Positions 60,333-64,000 of a stretch of 64,000 nucleotides of DNA are shown piece after piece. The notes below the pieces were generated by a model. It did no database searches. It had not been told where the DNA came from and saw only the letters and a list, made by a program, of their open reading frames with translations. Every line of letters starts with the position of its first letter. Within the stretch, counting starts at the first letter, position 1. The DNA comes from an uncultured Gammaproteobacteria bacterium (GTDB lineage Bacteria > Pseudomonadota > Gammaproteobacteria > UBA9214). The stretch lies in contig CAVVHS010000002.1 of NCBI GenBank assembly GCA_963748215.1, forward strand, positions 96,001 through 160,000, written 5' to 3'. The translations under genes and the position numbers were made by a program.

Positions 60333-61064
60333 TTGGAACAGCTGCGCCGTTTTCTCGACTCGGTGTTATCCAGCATCCGTGACCTGCTCCCCATCGTGCT
60401 GGTGGTCACGTTCTTCCAGGCCGTTGTCATACAGCAACCGCTACCGGAATTCGGCCGCATACTGGCCGGCGGCCTGATGGTGGTGCTCGGGCTGGCGTTT
60501 TTCCTTCGCGGCCTGGAACAGGGGCTGTTCCCGATCGGCGAGTCGATCGCCTATGCCTTTGCGCGCAAGGCCAACCTCCCCTGGCTGCTCGTGTTTGCGT
60601 TTGCACTGGGGTTCGGCACCACCATCGCGGAACCTGCACTGACCGCGGTAGCTGCCGAGGCGGCACAGATCGCGGCGGATGGCGGCGTCATATTAAATCA
60701 GCAGGCGTCCCTTGAGCGCTATGCTATGGGCCTGCGCATCACCGTGGCACTGTCGGTCGGGATTGCCATACTGGTCGGCGTGTACCGCATCGTGCGCGGC
60801 TGGCCGATCCAGTATTTCATCATCGGCGGTTATATCGGCGTGGTTATCATGACCGCATTCGCACCCCCCGAGATAATCGGCATCGCCTATGATTCCGGCG
60901 GCGTCACCACGTCCACCGTCACGGTACCGCTGGTCACGGCGCTCGGCGTCGGGCTCGCGCAGAGTATTCGCGGCCGCAATCCCATGATCGACGGTTTCGG
61001 CCTGATCGCCTTTGCCTCGCTGACACCGATCATCTTCGTCATGGCTTACGGAATGATCATTTGA
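60333..61064 (+). CDS. DUF1538 membrane protein
   Basis: [40 protein letters not shown]. Confidence 0.88.
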   Translation: MEQLRRFLDSVLSSIRDLLPIVLVVTFFQAVVIQQPLPEFGRILAGGLMVVLGLAFFLRGLEQGLFPIGESIAYAFARKANLPWLLVFAFALGFGTTIAEPALTAVAAEAAQIAADGGVILNQQASLERYAMGLRITVALSVGIAILVGVYRIVRGWPIQYFIIGGYIGVVIMTAFAPPEIIGIAYDSGGVTTSTVTVPLVTALGVGLAQSIRGRNPMIDGFGLIAFASLTPIIFVMAYGMII

Positions 61065-61858
61065 TGGACATATTGCAGGATTTTTACAGGACCGGACTCT
61101 CAACAATCACCGACGTGCTGCCGATCGCCGCAATCGTCTTTGGCTTCCAGGTGCTGGTGCTGCGCCAGCGGGTTCCCAATCTCAAGAGCGTGCTGATCGG
61201 ATTTGTCTACGTCCTCATCGGCCTGACCCTGTTTCTGGTCGGCCTGCAGGAGGCCCTGTTTCCGATCGGTCGGACCATGGCCAGACAACTGACTGATCCT
61301 GCCTTTCTCAGCGCGGCAACCGGTAAATTACCGGAGTTGCGGCATTGGCAGGATTATTACTGGATCTACCTGTTCGCAGCCGCCATCGGCTTTTCCACCA
61401 CCATCGCCGAGCCCGCGCTGATCGCCGTCGCCATCAAGGCGCAACAGGTATCGGCCGGCGCCATCCGTGTGTGGGGGCTGCGCATCGCCGTCGCGATTGG
61501 CGTGGCCGCCGGCATCACCCTGGGCGCCTTCCGCATTGTCACGGGCACCCCGCTGCACTATTACATCATCGCCGGTTATATCATCGTGATCTTCCAGACC
61601 CTGTATGCGCCGCGCATGATTATCGCGCTGGCCTACGACTCGGGCGGCGTGACCACCTCGACGGTGACCGTCCCGCTGGTTGCCGCACTCGGACTCGGAC
61701 TGGCCAGCACCATTCCCGGCCGCAGCCCCCTGCTGGACGGCTTCGGTCTGATCGCATTCGCCAGCCTGTTCCCGATCATGTCGGTCATGGGTTATGCCCA
61801 GCTCAGTGAATGGTGGTCGAGGCGATCCGCACGCAAGGATCAGTCCGGAGAACAATGA
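61064..61858 (+). CDS. DUF1538 membrane protein (paralogue)
   Basis: Same motifs as the upstream paralogue; overlapping stop/start. Confidence 0.88.
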   Translation: MDILQDFYRTGLSTITDVLPIAAIVFGFQVLVLRQRVPNLKSVLIGFVYVLIGLTLFLVGLQEALFPIGRTMARQLTDPAFLSAATGKLPELRHWQDYYWIYLFAAAIGFSTTIAEPALIAVAIKAQQVSAGAIRVWGLRIAVAIGVAAGITLGAFRIVTGTPLHYYIIAGYIIVIFQTLYAPRMIIALAYDSGGVTTSTVTVPLVAALGLGLASTIPGRSPLLDGFGLIAFASLFPIMSVMGYAQLSEWWSRRSARKDQSGEQ

Positions 61859-61902
61859 ACCTGTATTCGGAACAGGACATACTGCAAACGAGGTAAGCAA
61901 GC

Positions 61903-62253
61903 ATGCATTTCAAACTGATTATTGCACTGGTCGAGGACGGCAAGACCGCCGTGGTCATGGATGCTGCGCGCAAGGCCGGTGCGACCGGCGCCAGCGTACT
62001 CAGCCAGGTACGCGGCGAAGGCATAGAGCAGGCCAAGACCTTCTTCGGACTGAGCCTGGAAACGCAGCGCGACATGCTAATGTTCCTGGTCGAGGAACAT
62101 ATGAGTCGTGAGATCCTGGAAAAGATTGCCGAGATCGGTGATTTTGAGGCCCATCCCGGCACCGGTATCGCCTTTCAGCTCGATGTCGAGGACGCCGTCG
62201 GTGTCAACCGTCAGGTTATCAAGTTGCATAAAGCGGTGGAGGACAAGCTATGA
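61903..62253 (+). CDS. PII-like protein
   Basis: KLIIALV, AARKAGATGAS, RGEG, PGTGIAFQLDVEDAVG. Confidence 0.85.
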   Translation: MHFKLIIALVEDGKTAVVMDAARKAGATGASVLSQVRGEGIEQAKTFFGLSLETQRDMLMFLVEEHMSREILEKIAEIGDFEAHPGTGIAFQLDVEDAVGVNRQVIKLHKAVEDKL

Positions 62254-62666
62254 GTGAACAGGAACAGGAACAGGAACAGGAACCGGTACGCGTCAGGGAT
62301 GTCATGACCAGTCATTTCCAGCTGGTCGATGGCCTGATGATGGTCGAAGAGGCACTGGGAATGATGAAAGAGAACGACTCGCGGGTACTGATCGTCGACA
62401 AACGCCATACCAATGATGAATTCGGCATCGTGCTGCTGTCAGACGTTGCACGCGAAGTGCTCTCCGCCAATCGCTCACCCGAGCGTGTCAACGTCTACGA
62501 AGTCATGTCCAAGCCGGTGGTCAGTGTCAATCCCGATATGGATATACGCTATTGTGCGCGCCTGTTTCACCGGCTCGGGTTTTCCTACGCACCTGTCATC
62601 GATGGCAACAGTGTGCTGGGTATCGTGGGCTACGCCGACCTGGTGCTGAGCGGGCTAGTCAAGTAA
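62250..62666 (+). CDS. CBS-pair protein
   Basis: VRDVMT...GIV...YEVMSKPVVSV...APV...LGIV; N-terminal (GAACAG)4 repeat. Confidence 0.88.
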   Translation: MSEQEQEQEQEPVRVRDVMTSHFQLVDGLMMVEEALGMMKENDSRVLIVDKRHTNDEFGIVLLSDVAREVLSANRSPERVNVYEVMSKPVVSVNPDMDIRYCARLFHRLGFSYAPVIDGNSVLGIVGYADLVLSGLVK

Positions 62667-63236
62667 CGTCAGCACCTGCTGGATGGCTTTTTTCAACGTA
62701 GCGCGCGGGAACTGCGCCTTGCCCATCACATTCATGCCGGCCATGACGGTGGCGATGGTGGTTGCGGTAGCCGCCGCATCCACACCGGCGGGCAGCTCAC
62801 CGCGCTTTCTGGCTCGCGTAATGCGTTGCTGCAATCCCTGCCGGAGTTCCTGCATCGACTGCTCCAGCGATGCGCGCGATGCCGCGTCGTGCTGGCCGCT
62901 TTCCAGCACCGACAGAACCACCAGGCAACCGCCGGGATACTGTTCATCGTAATTGACGTCAAGCGCCGCGTTAAGCAGGCGTGATATACCCTCGCGAATG
63001 TCCGGCACACTGTCCATGGCAGTAAACAGCGATGCCATGACGGATTCCTTGTAGCAGGCGAGCACCCGCTCGAACAGCGCGCGCTTGTTGCCGAAGGCGT
63101 TGTAGAGACTGGTGCGCCCCAGCCCTGTCGCCTGTTCCAGGTCCAGGATGGATGTCCCCTCGTAGCCCTTTTCCCAGAATACCAGCATCGCAGCCAGCAG
63201 CACCTGTCGTTCATCGAATTGTTTCGTTCTTGCCAT
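62655..63236 (-). CDS. TetR/AcrR regulator (ComR/NemR-like)
   Basis: MARTKQFD...FWEKGYEGTS...SLYNAFGNKRALF; GCLVV. Confidence 0.92.
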   Translation of the reverse strand: MARTKQFDERQVLLAAMLVFWEKGYEGTSILDLEQATGLGRTSLYNAFGNKRALFERVLACYKESVMASLFTAMDSVPDIREGISRLLNAALDVNYDEQYPGGCLVVLSVLESGQHDAASRASLEQSMQELRQGLQQRITRARKRGELPAGVDAAATATTIATVMAGMNVMGKAQFPRATLKKAIQQVLTLLD

Positions 63237-63268
63237 GCGCGTACCAATATCACTATCTGCAAAAATAC

Positions 63269-63341
63269 TATACCAAACAGTACAAAATTACTTGACAGCA
63301 TTAGAATTATTGCATATACACATATTGTACTGTTCGTTACA
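63269..63341. promoter_or_regulatory. Two TetR-type operators flanking a sigma70 promoter for tusA
   Basis: TATACCAAACAGTACA (63269-63284) and TGTACTGTTCGTTACA (63326-63341); TTGACA-N17-TATACA (63292-63320). Confidence 0.65.
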
Positions 63342-63361
63342 TTTACACTCTGGAGGCCATT

Positions 63362-63592
63362 ATGAACGTTGCCACAGAAAAACTCGATGCCCGCGGACTC
63401 AACTGCCCGCTACCCATCCTGCGCACACGCAAGGCGTTGAACTCGCTTGCCAGCGGCGCGCTACTGGAAGTCGTTACCACCGACCCGGGCGCCGTCAAGG
63501 ACATGAGCGCGTTCTGCTCGCAAACCGGCAATCGTCTGGTTTCGAGCACGGAAGCGGACAATAGCTTCATCTTCCTGATCGAGAAGGCCTGA
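63362..63592 (+). CDS. tusA: Sulfur carrier TusA
   Basis: LDARGLNCPLPILR, TTDPGA..D...FC..TG. Confidence 0.94.
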   Translation: MNVATEKLDARGLNCPLPILRTRKALNSLASGALLEVVTTDPGAVKDMSAFCSQTGNRLVSSTEADNSFIFLIEKA

Positions 63593-63632
63593 ACCCGCCC
63601 GGACTGCCGCAAACACACAGGAGAACATACTC

Positions 63633-64000
63633 ATGTCAACGACTGCCGAGACTGTAAGAGATAGCGCGATGCTGGATGCGTGGCTTGACAAGAAACTGGA
63701 CGAACTGTTGCCGAAAAAGCTGGAAGAGATCGACGCCTCCCGCACCCCGTCCATGGCCATCATCGCCACCAAGGGCACACTCGACTGGGCCTACCCGCCC
63801 TTCATCCTCGCCTCCACCGCCGCGGCGCTGGGCTGGGACGTCACCATCTTCTTCACCTTCTACGGCCTGCTGCTGCTGAAGAAGGATCTCACTGCGCAGG
63901 TCAGCCCGCTGGGCAACCCGGCCATGCCGATGAAGATGCCGTTCGGACCGAAGTGGTTCCAGAACTTCTCCTGGCCCATGCCCAACCTGCTCATGGCCGG
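63633..64000 (+). CDS. dsrE2: DsrE2-like sulfurtransferase (runs off the window)
   Basis: Manual translation IIATKGTLDWAYPPFILASTAAALGWDVTIFFTFYGL; directly after tusA. Confidence 0.88.
   Translation, partial: MSTTAETVRDSAMLDAWLDKKLDELLPKKLEEIDASRTPSMAIIATKGTLDWAYPPFILASTAAALGWDVTIFFTFYGLLLLKKDLTAQVSPLGNPAMPMKMPFGPKWFQNFSWPMPNLLMA

Noticed and set aside
62256-62283. Phase-variable repeat in the CBS gene
   Set aside because: The 6-bp unit preserves frame and only changes the length of an EQ tail.

Overview
High-GC gammaproteobacterial chromosome segment, most consistent with a sulfur-oxidising lithotroph (sqr, tusA-dsrE2, cytochrome c5). In order: an integron (at least 3 AT-rich cassettes, 2 attC sites, attI, intI with an in-frame nonsense codon) and a decayed brnTA; a beta-hydroxyacid dehydrogenase; speA/speE; fetAB and a CDGSH protein; a sigma54/NtrC-type torF-glnK-amt-glnK-amtB cluster; ubiK; a RAYT transposase inside a REP cluster; comM; a signal-peptide Rhs toxin carrying a dockerin/Ca-binding insert with a lipoprotein immunity gene; lysR-doxX-azoR-pirin; two GGDEF-EAL proteins; a nitrate-assimilation island (PP2C-kinase, narK, nirBD, and a truncated NasA-type molybdoenzyme followed by a fused DmsB-DmsC-type membrane subunit); sqr; a tetraheme cytochrome c3 with a ferric-reductase-like protein; sucAB-lpdA; tRNA-Arg with tRNA-linked repeats; ppa; an ars operon; DUF1538x2-PII-CBS; and tetR-tusA-dsrE2. 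Intergenic DNA holds at least five interspersed repeat families. Clusters of mostly +1 insertions (about 12.8-14.0, 18.2-19.0, 22.1-22.2 and 47.9 kb) look like long-read assembly errors rather than real pseudogenes. All family assignments come from motif recognition by eye; no searches were run.
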